Shown: in pieces, positions 42,947 through 53,105 of the stretch
Layout: each line of letters opens with the position of its first letter
Position numbering within the stretch: position 1 is the first letter of the stretch
Source: an uncultured delta proteobacterium
Lineage (GTDB): Bacteria > Desulfobacterota > Desulfobacteria > Desulfobacterales > QNYZ01
Direction of reading: 5' to 3'
NCBI GenBank assembly: GCA_963845145.1
Contig: CAWJQU010000013.1
Location: forward strand, 1 to 64,000
Length of the DNA stretch: 64,000 nt
Program-made: the position numbers and the translations under genes
The notes under the pieces: generated by a model
What the model was told of the DNA's origin: nothing
Databases searched by the model: none
The model's input: only the letters and a program-made list of their open reading frames with translations

Positions 42947-44985
42947 ACTTTGTTTTGCTCCTTAATCGCGGACGCTCTTACTCTGGCAATGTCCTCATCT
43001 GAAAAAATACCATCCACACCCGAAATGGCCGCCAGTTTCATGCCGTGTTGCAGTCCCAAGCGGTAAATCTCTTTCACTTTATCCCATTGGGGTGAAGAAC
43101 CGACGGTAAATACCTCAAAACGTCCTTCAAAGGTGAGAATAATCGTTTCGGCTAATCCCGCATAGACAATCCCCGTCGGCAAGCCGATGTCGCCCATCTC
43201 CACACTATCTCCGGGCAACCGTATTTCACCACCCTTGATGACAAGTACATCAGGCCGCTTGGCCGTATCATCCTTGGTGAAAATCATGGGCAGGTTGATA
43301 TCGGTAATGACACAGCCCGGTTTGACCTGCATGATATCAAGAACTTGCCTGGCCCCCGAACTGGTGGCCACAATCAGATCCATTTCACTCAAATGAGTAT
43401 CAGCCCTGGTTGAAACATGAAGCTTTACGCGAGGTGTCTCGCTTTGAATGGACTCTTGCAAAGCCAGGAGTTTGGCGATATTGCGTCCCACCAGATGGAC
43501 CTCCTGAAAGGCCATGGCCAGCAAATGGGAACAGATCACGCCGACCGCACCCGTAGCGCCGATCACCATGGCTTTGGCGTTCAACGTTTTGCCACGGCTG
43601 GCTTTTTTATTCAGACCCAATCGCCGAACCGCTTCAGCAGCTGCCCAAAGCGCTGCTGAGGCAAAATAGCTGTTACCGGTGGTGATAGGCAACACAGCAT
43701 GTTTGGCCACTTCCAGACTGGTATCTTTCATTGCTTTTGGTAACATGCCGATACCCATGATCTGGGCACCCAGGCTTTTGGCCAATTTGGCCGCCTCAAG
43801 GATCCGCTTGGTCGAATATTCGGGGCCGTGGGCCAGCATCTGGGCCGGGGTCTCACCCAGGGCAATGAGCCAGCCTTCGGCCTCCACGCCGATATCGGAT
43901 TTGATACCACTTACCTTCGAATAGACAAAAGGCGGCACATAGGCCATGGCCTTTTCCACCGTTCCCATCAACCCCGGGGCCACATCTGATAGAACTTCGA
44001 TGGGTTTGATCTTTTTTAAAAACGCCTGGGTTGGCGGGTGGACGATATAGGCAAACCGGTTGACACGCTTTAGTTTGCCGCCAGGGTAAATGACACGGGG
44101 CTCCATCTTCATGGTGCTGATGATTTCCAGCAATTCACCATCACGATCTTCCCCCTGGGGGATATCCATTGCCACCATAAGTATGGCTTCCAGGGCGCTG
44201 ACCCCAACGACATTTTTCAACAATTTGGGCGTTGTATCGATGATCACATCCACGCCCTTATCTTTTAAATAGTCGATCCGATCGTCAAAGGCCGTTGAAG
44301 TGATCACGGTTTTACCGTTGAGATCTTCCAGGCCGTAGGGGTCCAAGTATTTGTAGAAATTACCATGCGGAACGACCAGGATTTGTGACTTTTTAATGGC
44401 TTGCCGCATCAGGTAATTGGTCAGGGAACGCACCGGTTCACTATCGGCCACAAACTCTTTTCCGGGAATCCAGTCCAATGCACCTCGAAGGCGGTCGGTA
44501 TAGAGCGCCAAATCTTTCAGATTTTTTATAAACTTGGGAATACCATTCTCTATCAATGGGTCAGCAAATATAAGGTTCTGCGTATATTCCGACATCACCC
44601 TGGCGATGGACTGGCTGGTCACTCCTGAAAAAAAGAAGATGCGTGCGTTATTGAAGTAGTTGTTGCCGAATTTGAACTGGATATGCCTCAGCGACCACTC
44701 GTGGCCCACCTTGCGTAAGGTGTCACCGGATGTCACGGGGGTCTCCAGCTGTGACCCCAGTTTTAGGAGCTTCTGCACATCCTTGTTGGGTACAATTCGG
44801 TGGCCGATACTCCCCAATGCGATGGCATCTGCTTTTTTATTCCACTTCAGCAGCAGATCTGAAGCCTGGCTGACGCTCCCATCCGTTCCAATACGCTGAA
44901 CGTGAAATTTTTTGCCGTGAAAATCAGTTTCGAACTCATTATCATCGAGGCTTGGCCCCAGACTGATCTGAATAATGTGCTTCAC
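42937..44985 (-). CDS. Two-domain acyl-ACP/CoA-reductase-like protein, paralogue B (catalytic Cys replaced by Gly)
   Basis: C-terminal half has RFAY.VHP, TTGNSY, GATGA.G and YAGLAET...FEG...HG as in cyanobacterial AAR; unknown N-terminal domain of about 300 aa; GTG start. Confidence 0.8.
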   Translation of the reverse strand: MKHIIQISLGPSLDDNEFETDFHGKKFHVQRIGTDGSVSQASDLLLKWNKKADAIALGSIGHRIVPNKDVQKLLKLGSQLETPVTSGDTLRKVGHEWSLRHIQFKFGNNYFNNARIFFFSGVTSQSIARVMSEYTQNLIFADPLIENGIPKFIKNLKDLALYTDRLRGALDWIPGKEFVADSEPVRSLTNYLMRQAIKKSQILVVPHGNFYKYLDPYGLEDLNGKTVITSTAFDDRIDYLKDKGVDVIIDTTPKLLKNVVGVSALEAILMVAMDIPQGEDRDGELLEIISTMKMEPRVIYPGGKLKRVNRFAYIVHPPTQAFLKKIKPIEVLSDVAPGLMGTVEKAMAYVPPFVYSKVSGIKSDIGVEAEGWLIALGETPAQMLAHGPEYSTKRILEAAKLAKSLGAQIMGIGMLPKAMKDTSLEVAKHAVLPITTGNSYFASAALWAAAEAVRRLGLNKKASRGKTLNAKAMVIGATGAVGVICSHLLAMAFQEVHLVGRNIAKLLALQESIQSETPRVKLHVSTRADTHLSEMDLIVATSSGARQVLDIMQVKPGCVITDINLPMIFTKDDTAKRPDVLVIKGGEIRLPGDSVEMGDIGLPTGIVYAGLAETIILTFEGRFEVFTVGSSPQWDKVKEIYRLGLQHGMKLAAISGVDGIFSDEDIARVRASAIKEQNKVCS

Positions 44986-45016
44986 AGGTGCCTCCGTTTA
45001 CATTCATCAGGGAAAA

Positions 45017-47086
45017 CTAATTGGATCGCTTCTGCTGTTTCCTGGCTTCCAGCGCCAGCCGTTTTACCTCGGCAATGTCTTCATCCGAAAACACGCCGTT
45101 GACACCGGATATGGCAGCCAGTTTCATGCCGTGTTTGAGGCCAAGTTTATAAATTTCCCTCACTTTTTCCCACTCAATATCCCGGCCGATGGTAAATATT
45201 TCAAAGCGACCTTCCAGGGCCAGTACAATGGTTTCCGCCAGGCAGGCATAGGCAACCTTATCGGGCAGGCCGATGCTTTTCATTTCCGGATTTCCGGGCA
45301 GTTCAATTTCTCCCGATTCAATGACCAATACATCCGGCCGTTTGGCCACGTCTTCCGGGGAGAGATCCAGGGGGCGGGCCACATCGGTGATAACGCATCC
45401 CGGCTTCACCCTGGTAATATCGAGGATTTTCTTGCCGGCACCGGAAGTGGCCGTGACAATCACATCCATTTCAGCCAGCAACTTGTCCGGCCGGGTGGTC
45501 ACTCTGAGTTTAACGTCAGGATCTTCTTTGAGGATCGATTCCTGTAGTGCCAGCAACTTAGCGGTATTGCGTCCCACCAGAGTAACCTCGTCAAACGCCT
45601 TGGCCAACAATCGGCAGCATACGGACCCGATGGCACCGGTGGCGCCCAGGACCATTGTTTTGGCCTTGATGCGCTTACCCTTTTCGACCTTAATCAGCCC
45701 CATGCGGCGAACAGCATCTGCCCCTGCCCAAAGAGCTCCGGAAGCACTGTAGCTGTTGCCGGTGGTGATGGGAATATCCGCTTTTTTAGCCACGGTGACG
45801 CCGGCATCGCCCACCACCTTGGTAAACGCACCCAACCCCATAATCTGGGCGCCCATTCGTTTGGCCATACGAGCGGCTTGAAGCAATCGGGAGTAAGTAA
45901 ATTCGGGACTGTGCGCCAGCATTTGCTTGGGTGTGCCCCCCACCGTAAGCAACCACCCTTCTGTTTCCACTCCGGTGGGTGACTTGATACCGGTGACCCG
46001 CGAGTATACCCAGGGCGGTGCGTAGGCGATCACTTTTTCAACCGCATCCAGAAAAGCGGGAGGGGTAAAATTGGCGATCATGTCGACGGCTTTGTCTTTT
46101 TTAAGAAATTCCTTGGAAAGGGGATGGATAACAAATGCAAACCGGTTGACCCGCTTGGGACTGCCCGAGGGATACACTACCCGCGGATCCATTTTTTGGC
46201 TGCTGATAATTTCCAATAGATCATCCGCATGAAGCTGATCGTTTTTGCGCCCCAAAGCTGCCAAAATCAATGCTTCAAGCACATTGGGCGCCACCACCCG
46301 TTCCAGAATTTTAGGCGTTGTGTCAATAATGACATCTACGCCACGCTCTTTGAGAAATGCCACCCGCTCATCGTAGGCTGTGGAGGTAATGATGGTTTTA
46401 CCGCCCAACTCCTCCAAAGTGAAATTTTTAAGATAGTCATCAAAACCGAAAAAAGGTACGACAATCATGTTGGCTTTCTGCATGGCTTTACGGAGAATGT
46501 ACTGGTTCCACACTTTAGCCGGCACTACGGAATCGGAGAGCGTTTTGCTGGGAACCCACTGCAGAACCTCGTGGGCGGAGTGGGCGTAACCTTCAAGACC
46601 TTTTAATGAGTTGATAAATTTGGGGATACCATTTTCCAGGATGGGATCGGCAAAGGTAAGATTGTCAGTAAATTCGGATATGACTTTGGCAATGCGGTAG
46701 CTGTTCATTCCGGAAAGAAATAAACATTTGACATTATTAAAATAGTTTCCGAACTTATATTCGATGAAACGCAAGGCCCACTCGAAGGAAACATCCCGCA
46801 AAGCACTGCCGGTGGTGACCGGGGTTTGAACCTGGGCGCCCAATTGGCTTAATTGATGCGCTTGCTTTCTTCCTAGATATCGCGGCCCGATGCCGCTTGG
46901 AAATTTTATATGGCCTAGGCCGATGGCTTCCGCTTCCTTATCCCATCGCAACAGCAGTTTAGCCGCTTTTTCGAGATCACCATCCGTACCCAACCTTCTG
47001 ATCGTGAAATCTTGGCCGAGGAATTCGGTTTTAAATTCATAGTCGCCGTCGCTTGACCCCAGACTGATGCTGACCACCTGTTTCAC
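45017..47086 (-). CDS. Two-domain acyl-ACP/CoA-reductase-like protein, paralogue A (Cys intact)
   Basis: RFAFVIHP, APP, GLGAFT, TTGNSY, GATGAIGS and YACLAET...LEG...GR...KHG; GTG 47086 with a GGAGGA RBS. Confidence 0.82.
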   Translation of the reverse strand: MKQVVSISLGSSDGDYEFKTEFLGQDFTIRRLGTDGDLEKAAKLLLRWDKEAEAIGLGHIKFPSGIGPRYLGRKQAHQLSQLGAQVQTPVTTGSALRDVSFEWALRFIEYKFGNYFNNVKCLFLSGMNSYRIAKVISEFTDNLTFADPILENGIPKFINSLKGLEGYAHSAHEVLQWVPSKTLSDSVVPAKVWNQYILRKAMQKANMIVVPFFGFDDYLKNFTLEELGGKTIITSTAYDERVAFLKERGVDVIIDTTPKILERVVAPNVLEALILAALGRKNDQLHADDLLEIISSQKMDPRVVYPSGSPKRVNRFAFVIHPLSKEFLKKDKAVDMIANFTPPAFLDAVEKVIAYAPPWVYSRVTGIKSPTGVETEGWLLTVGGTPKQMLAHSPEFTYSRLLQAARMAKRMGAQIMGLGAFTKVVGDAGVTVAKKADIPITTGNSYSASGALWAGADAVRRMGLIKVEKGKRIKAKTMVLGATGAIGSVCCRLLAKAFDEVTLVGRNTAKLLALQESILKEDPDVKLRVTTRPDKLLAEMDVIVTATSGAGKKILDITRVKPGCVITDVARPLDLSPEDVAKRPDVLVIESGEIELPGNPEMKSIGLPDKVAYACLAETIVLALEGRFEIFTIGRDIEWEKVREIYKLGLKHGMKLAAISGVNGVFSDEDIAEVKRLALEARKQQKRSN

Positions 47087-47197
47087 GGCTTCCTCCTGAC
47101 ACTGATAATGGATTAAATGACTATTTACTCTGTTACGCGAATCCCGAAAACAAACGGGGCGCCTTGACTTCAATAATGAATCAATTATAGTGTAGCG

Positions 47198-47214
47198 TAT
47201 GATGCAATGCGTTA
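47198..47214. promoter_or_regulatory. Candidate PhaR-type operator in the divergent promoter region
   Basis: TATGATGCAATGCGTTA, 16/17 identical to 54335-54351; lies between a plus-strand TTGACT-16-TATAGT and a minus-strand TTGACA. Confidence 0.65.
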
Positions 47215-47291
47215 AAATTGTCAAGCCATTTCTTGTTTTTGGTTGATTTTGGATAGTGATCGGCAAACACCCCTAATGGAAGGATCATTGC

Positions 47292-47927
47292 ATGCACAAA
47301 ATAAAAAAATACGCTAACCGTAAAATGTACGATTCCCATGATAAACGGCATATCTCCCGGGAACAGTTGGCGGCGCTCATTAAAAAGGGTGAAGAAGTCT
47401 TAATCGTAGACAACCGCACGGGTGAAGATCTCACTGTGTCCATCGTTTCCCAGCTGATCGGCCTGGATGAACAAAATACGGACAAGTCCATATCCCCGCG
47501 ATTACTGATGGAGCTGCTACGCAAAGGGAGTGGCACCTTCACCGATTATGCCAAAAAATATATATCGCTCTGGCAGGGTGCGTTTAATATGGCGGAAGAT
47601 GAAATCGACAGGCTAGTGGGCCGGTTGGTGAAGAATAAGGAGCTATCCAACGACGAAGGCAGCCGATTGAAAAATGAGATTATCGGTTATTCCGAGGGAA
47701 TTAAAAGATGGATCAGCGACAGTGTCGACAAACGGGTGGGCGAGGTCTTGGCCGCTTTGAATCTGCCCACCAATGATCAGATGAAAACACTCTCCTCTAA
47801 GGTCGACGTCCTTTCCAAAAAAGTTGAGCAACTGGAAAAAGACAGAAAAACGACGAATAGGAAACTACTGAAAACGGATACCGCTAAAAAGCCAACGCCT
47901 AAACGGCAACCCAAACCTGTCAAGTAG
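47292..47927 (+). CDS. PhaR-type DNA-binding domain fused to a phasin-like domain
   Basis: IKKYANRKMYD....ISRE.L...IK.GE...IVDN.TGED.T (PHB_acc_N); C-terminal G.F......ID.LV..LVK..E....EG and LNLPT...L..KV..L..KV..LE; Lys/Pro tail. Confidence 0.85.
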   Translation: MHKIKKYANRKMYDSHDKRHISREQLAALIKKGEEVLIVDNRTGEDLTVSIVSQLIGLDEQNTDKSISPRLLMELLRKGSGTFTDYAKKYISLWQGAFNMAEDEIDRLVGRLVKNKELSNDEGSRLKNEIIGYSEGIKRWISDSVDKRVGEVLAALNLPTNDQMKTLSSKVDVLSKKVEQLEKDRKTTNRKLLKTDTAKKPTPKRQPKPVK

Positions 47928-47992
47928 AATGACGATTTTTGTGACCTGTTTATAAAATCGACCCAATCATCCTCACGGCAAAGAAAAACACA

Positions 47993-48631
47993 ATGGATCC
48001 GGAAATTTTTTCACAGCTAAAAAGGGCCTTGCAAAGCTTCCAGGCGACACGCTTGAACAACACCTATGCAGATTTAAAAAAAGATCCGGAGTATGCCAAA
48101 ATGGGCCGGTTTTTTTTTGAAAAGTTGTATGCCCCTGAAGATTTTTCATTTCGGGATGCCAGCATCAAGAAGCTGCACAAACTTCTAAAGGGAAAGATTT
48201 ACTCTGGTATTATCTCGGCCGTGAGCAAAGTCATCGAGCTGCACGAACTGTCGGATAGGCTTGATGATCGCATGGTTGAACAGATGGTCGCCCTGGATGT
48301 GGGGGCGGATATGGATATGGCGCAATATCAAATGGTCTACCGCAGCCTGGATAACAACGATGAAAGACGATACCAGATTGCCCTCGGGCGGGAGGTAACC
48401 CAACTGTTTCACCGGTTGAGCAAGAATTGGGCTGTGGCGGTTTCTCTTAAAACGGTTCGCACGGTAGCGCATCTGATTGGCATGGGTAAAATTATCGATT
48501 TTGTTCACGAGGGTTATATTGGCTTTAGGTCCATAAAGAACATCGACTATTTTGTGGAAACCATCGACGAGCGGGAAAACGCATGGCACAACGAGATTTG
48601 GTTAAAAAACCGGCAAGACGGTAAAAAGTAA
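47993..48631 (+). CDS. FFLEELY-motif protein
   Basis: Q..RL..TY.DL...P.Y....FFFEKLY...DFS.RD; function unknown. Confidence 0.75.
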   Translation: MDPEIFSQLKRALQSFQATRLNNTYADLKKDPEYAKMGRFFFEKLYAPEDFSFRDASIKKLHKLLKGKIYSGIISAVSKVIELHELSDRLDDRMVEQMVALDVGADMDMAQYQMVYRSLDNNDERRYQIALGREVTQLFHRLSKNWAVAVSLKTVRTVAHLIGMGKIIDFVHEGYIGFRSIKNIDYFVETIDERENAWHNEIWLKNRQDGKK

Positions 48632-48635
48632 CCTT

Positions 48636-49523
48636 ATGAAAAGAGCACTGATTCTTTCCGGAGGTGGCGCCCGTGGCGCATTTCAAGTTGGCGTCTGGAA
48701 ATATTTGCATGAAAAAAAGTGGATCCCCGACCTGATCAGCGGCACCTCCATCGGTGCCGTCAATGCAGCCGCTATTGTCTCCGGAATGCCCGTTGAGCGA
48801 TTGATCCATTTATGGACGACCCATCGGCGGGCCGAGATATATCGCTTCCAACTACTGAAATTTTTTGCCGCTATCCTCTTTAAACGACGCTTGCGCCCAA
48901 TGCTGGATACAGATCAGATGCGAGAGATGATATCGAGAAATATCGATTTAGCGGCACTGCGCCAAAGCCCCACCGAGGTTGTCATCACCGCCGTCAATAT
49001 TCTTACCGGACGGTTGCACCTCTATAATAATCAAGAAATCACTATCGATCACCTGGTGGCTTCCGGCGCCATGCCCATTTTATTCCCCTGGCAATATATC
49101 GATGGGGAACCATTTTGGGACGGTGGCGTCATGGCCAATTCGCCTCTTTTTACCGCTTTGGATAGAGGGGTGGACGAGGTCATCGTTGTGTTACTTTCGC
49201 CCGTGGGGCATGTTTCGATGCCTTTTCCCGGGACATTGAGCAACAGTCTGGAGCTTGTTTTCGAACACTTATTGAGTGGTTCCTATCAAACGACCCTGTC
49301 GGTCATCAATCAAATCCGTGGAGGGGATCGTTCAATTAGTTCATTTTTAGGGGTCGGTAGAGATCACGGCGTGCCTACAGATAAACAATCGCGAATAATA
49401 GCGGTGGCCCCGTCCCGAATGTTGGGATTTCGCTCATTGCTTAACTTTTCAACGCGACAGGCACGCCAATTGGTGGAAGAGGGTTATCGCAATGCTCGGG
49501 ACCAGCTGAGATCCTATTTTTAA
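48636..49523 (+). CDS. Patatin-like phospholipase/lipase
   Basis: GGGARG, GTSIG, ASGA.P..FP and DGG motifs. Confidence 0.93.
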   Translation: MKRALILSGGGARGAFQVGVWKYLHEKKWIPDLISGTSIGAVNAAAIVSGMPVERLIHLWTTHRRAEIYRFQLLKFFAAILFKRRLRPMLDTDQMREMISRNIDLAALRQSPTEVVITAVNILTGRLHLYNNQEITIDHLVASGAMPILFPWQYIDGEPFWDGGVMANSPLFTALDRGVDEVIVVLLSPVGHVSMPFPGTLSNSLELVFEHLLSGSYQTTLSVINQIRGGDRSISSFLGVGRDHGVPTDKQSRIIAVAPSRMLGFRSLLNFSTRQARQLVEEGYRNARDQLRSYF

Positions 49524-49540
49524 TGCCCAAAGCTCACGCA

Positions 49541-51382
49541 TCAGGTGATCACCAGATGACCAAGCCCCTTTTTGGTTAAGAAATTGGGATAGAGATCATA
49601 ACTGGGTTTCAAAATCGGCAACAACTTTATGGTCTTGGGCACGTTGCCTTTGGCGGCGACCTGGCGGCGGGTGAGAGCGCTCACCAAGTTGGCCTTACCG
49701 TGCCAAAAGCGGTGGGCAAAATCAGCATTCATGGTCAAGGTGACTTCCGGCTTTCCATCAAAATCCCCCTTTAAAATTTTGATATCGTCTCCTCTGGCAT
49801 CGATGGTGATGACCCCGGACGGGTTTTTGTATCTAAATTGAACACAAAGACCGCTCTGGGCCAGCTTGGGACCAATCTTGGGATGGGCCTTTAATAACTC
49901 GTAAAACTCGGCCAACACATCATAGAGCATTTCCGTGTCTTTAAAGACCTGGGTGATCTGTTTATCCTTGTGCCGGTTGACCTGGGGCCGCAAATCATCA
50001 CCTGATATCGGCAGGGGTTTTGCTTTCGAGTGGTACACTTTCTGGATAATAGCGATCACAGCATCGCGCTCCGGCTCTACCGGGTTGTACAACATGGATC
50101 CGTCTTCCATGGCCGTGGTGGCGACCTGTTCAATCTTTTTAAGACCATCGGAAATCCCGGCGTCTTTTAGATTAAGGGGGATCCCTGTCAGTTGGGCCAA
50201 TTGCCGGTTGAGGGTGCGCACTTTTTCTACCGCTGCCTCGGCCGCCTGTTTCCGGACCCAGGTATCGATGAATCCGAATGATCCGATGGCAGAGGATAAC
50301 ATCCCCCGTGCACGATGCGAGCCGGCAGTGATATAATCTTTTAGGGAATCCACACCGGAGAGGCCGGCGAGCTTGGAAGGCAGATCGAGACGATTGGAGT
50401 GCAGCAGGCTGCGGCTGTGTTGGATAACCTGGGGATACGAGATCCCCATGGCAAAGGCGATATCCGCGTATCTGTCGACTTTGGCATCCAGGTTATAGGC
50501 CATCACCTCAGGTAAAATCAGGGCATTGGCCAGCCCGTGGGGGATATGGTAGACCCCGCCCAGCGCATGGGATATGCCGTGGGCCATACCGACCATGGAG
50601 TGGGAAAATGCCACCCCGGCCAAAAAACTACCCACCTGCATCGCACCTCGCGCCTCTAAATCGTCCGGCTTGGCACATGCCTGAAGGATATTGCCTGTGA
50701 TCAGCGTCACCGCATGCAGAGCCAAGGCATCGGAAGCCGGGGACCACTCCTTATCCACATAGGCTTCTATGGCATGGGTCAGGGCATCCATGCCGGTGGC
50801 GGCGGTCAATTTACCCGGCAGGGAAAGGGTCAACTCCGGATCAAGAATGGCCAATTGGGGTAAAAATTGGTCTTCGGCAAAAGGCAACTTCACGTCGTTT
50901 TTAGGATCGGCGATGACCGCCACCTTGGTGACTTCAGAGCCGGTGCCCGCGGTGGTTGGAATCAGGATGGCGGGCAGCAACTGTTCGTCGCTGGGAAGCA
51001 GGTAGGCCCCCATATGATCTTTGAGCGCGCCCCCTTTTACCGTTAACAGATTGGCCACCTTGGCGGTGTCGATGACGCTTCCGCCACCCACACCGATCAC
51101 CATGTCACACCTATTTTTCTTGGCCATGGCAGCGCATTTTTCTACAGTATCGATGGTGGAGTTGGGCGGCACTTTATCAAAGGTACAGGCAATCTCGACG
51201 ACTGTTTTTTTAAATCCGGATTTGATTTTATCCACCAACCCGCTTTTCACCAATACCTCATCGGTGACCAGGATCGCTTTACGCTTGCCAAACGGCTTTA
51301 CCGAATCACCTATATTCCCGATAATACCAATACCGTAAATCAGTTTGGTGGGAAGCGAGAATTCGAAATACTCAGGTAACAT
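49541..51382 (-). CDS. Iron-containing alcohol dehydrogenase fused to a C-terminal SCP2 domain
   Basis: GGGSVID, PTTAGTGSE, DALTHA.E, HG.SH and PHG motifs; internal insertion of about 55 aa; C-terminal AHRFWHGKANLVSAL SCP2 domain. Confidence 0.9.
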   Translation of the reverse strand: MLPEYFEFSLPTKLIYGIGIIGNIGDSVKPFGKRKAILVTDEVLVKSGLVDKIKSGFKKTVVEIACTFDKVPPNSTIDTVEKCAAMAKKNRCDMVIGVGGGSVIDTAKVANLLTVKGGALKDHMGAYLLPSDEQLLPAILIPTTAGTGSEVTKVAVIADPKNDVKLPFAEDQFLPQLAILDPELTLSLPGKLTAATGMDALTHAIEAYVDKEWSPASDALALHAVTLITGNILQACAKPDDLEARGAMQVGSFLAGVAFSHSMVGMAHGISHALGGVYHIPHGLANALILPEVMAYNLDAKVDRYADIAFAMGISYPQVIQHSRSLLHSNRLDLPSKLAGLSGVDSLKDYITAGSHRARGMLSSAIGSFGFIDTWVRKQAAEAAVEKVRTLNRQLAQLTGIPLNLKDAGISDGLKKIEQVATTAMEDGSMLYNPVEPERDAVIAIIQKVYHSKAKPLPISGDDLRPQVNRHKDKQITQVFKDTEMLYDVLAEFYELLKAHPKIGPKLAQSGLCVQFRYKNPSGVITIDARGDDIKILKGDFDGKPEVTLTMNADFAHRFWHGKANLVSALTRRQVAAKGNVPKTIKLLPILKPSYDLYPNFLTKKGLGHLVIT

Positions 51383-51432
51383 GCTGGTTCCTTTCTCGGT
51401 GAGTGAATGTGAAAGAGCTGTGGGCCAAAGAT

Positions 51433-53105
51433 CTATAAGCCTGCCAACTCCCGCATTATCTGGGCCACATCCTTTAGCTGACTTTCCTCGGCTGCCTTTT
51501 GCTGATGCATGGCACAGAACGCAGAGCCGGTTAGCGATCTGTTCCGACAGGGTTTACCCTTGCGGGTCACCGCGCCACACGTGGCCGACCGGGTATCTTC
51601 CGGATCATCTGCCGTTTTTTTTGCACGGGAACCGGCCCGAGCCTCTTCATAACGGTCATGCAACACCAGGGGTTCATCGTATACTTTTCCAGACTGGACC
51701 AGATCCAAAAGGGCGTTGAATTCGTCTTCAAACCCTTCCAGCAGAACCTCAGGGTCCGGCATCAATCCCTCATCGGAAGCCACCCCCACGGTGACCTTGC
51801 CGTCATAGCTGAAAATGCTGATCCCCAAGCCAATCTGGCCGGAACGCGGGACCCAAAACATAAAGTTTTCAATTTTTTGGCCGGCGAAATAGAGGGGCTG
51901 GCGCGGACCCGGTACATTGGTTAGCACCCCCGAGGCCTTGTTGCCAAACAATGCTGAGGCTCTTTTGGCGAGTACCGGGGGCAGATACCCCATGGCACTA
52001 AGCAGGGCAAAATTAATATATGGATCCGGGGAGGTTTTGAGTTGATCCATTCGCCGTTTAACTTCTTTCAGTCGTAAAACGGGATCTTCCAAATGGACCG
52101 GCAGGGGCAGGAAAACCAAGCTGAACTTATTGCCTAATTCGAACTCGGTGCCTGGTTTGCGAATATTTACCGGTACAGTCACGCGCAGATTGAGTGTATT
52201 GACGCGCGTATTTCGGGTTTTTAAATAGCGGCGCATCGCGCCGGTGACGGTGGCGATGAGTACGTCATTGAGGGTAGCGGTACTGATCGCTCGGCCGACC
52301 TTCTTGATTTTGTCCAAGGCCATGGGTTCCGTCCAGACGATCCGCTTGCGCACACCCAATTTGCCTTTAAAAGCGGTATTGGGATCAGAGCTCATCAGGG
52401 TGTATTTAGAGAGTACCGAAGCAAAATCCGTAGGGATAACGCTGGAAATTTTGGCCAGCTCCTTTAAATGGTTGGGATCAGAGAGGGCTTTTTCGAGCTC
52501 TTTGATTACTTGCTTGCCGATGTTTTTGGTTGTGGAAAGGGTTTTCTTGGCATTGTCGACCATGGCGTTGATGGGCAGAAGGGAACCCAAGGAGAAAGGC
52601 TGTGGGCTTTGTGAGGTTGTTTACTTTTTGGCCAGGGAGCATCCGGATCCGTGTCCGCCATGGAAAGCAACACATGGATACCGGCAATACCATCGGTGAT
52701 GCAGTGGTGGATCCTAAAAAAGAGAGCGCAGCCCTTGCCGTAGTTTTCGATGAGATGGGTTTGCCACAACGGTTTGTTGGGATCCAGCGGGGTTACTGCT
52801 AAATTGGCAATCATCTCTTGAAGCGTGGTTTTATCACCCGGTGTCGGTAACGCCACCCGTTGCAAATGAGATCGAAGGTCAAAATGTTTATCGGCTTCCC
52901 AGCTGGGGACCCCAAGACCTGTTTTAGGAAGGACGATTCGTTGGTGGAAGCGTGGAAAAGATGCCAGCCGACTCTCGATGGTGGCATACAATCGTTTAAA
53001 ATCGAGGCGTTTTTCAAACGCCATAAACCCGGTGATCACCATCAAGTTGGTGGGTTCATCCATGCAAAGCCAGAAATTATCAGCATTGGTCATGCGCTTG
53101 GCCAT
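51433..53105 (-). pseudogene. Wax ester synthase/diacylglycerol acyltransferase (WS/DGAT), frameshifted as assembled (probably intact)
   Basis: D..WL.M..P...M.I, PLD..KPLW and HHCITDG (HHxxxDG) in the 5' ORF; TLNDV, VPVN.R, GN and TNVPGP in the 3' ORF; one base missing near 52590-52622; C-terminal CCCH tail. Confidence 0.92.

Noticed and set aside
42937..47086. Cyanobacterial-type alkane biosynthesis, or shikimate/quinate dehydrogenase
   Set aside because: No aldehyde-deformylating oxygenase is present (it needs O2), and AroE substrate motifs are absent; the context points to fatty alcohol and wax ester.
47087..47266. 60-aa N-terminal extension of paralogue A in the ORF track
   Set aside because: It spans the divergent promoter; GTG 47086 has a strong RBS and aligns with the start of paralogue B.
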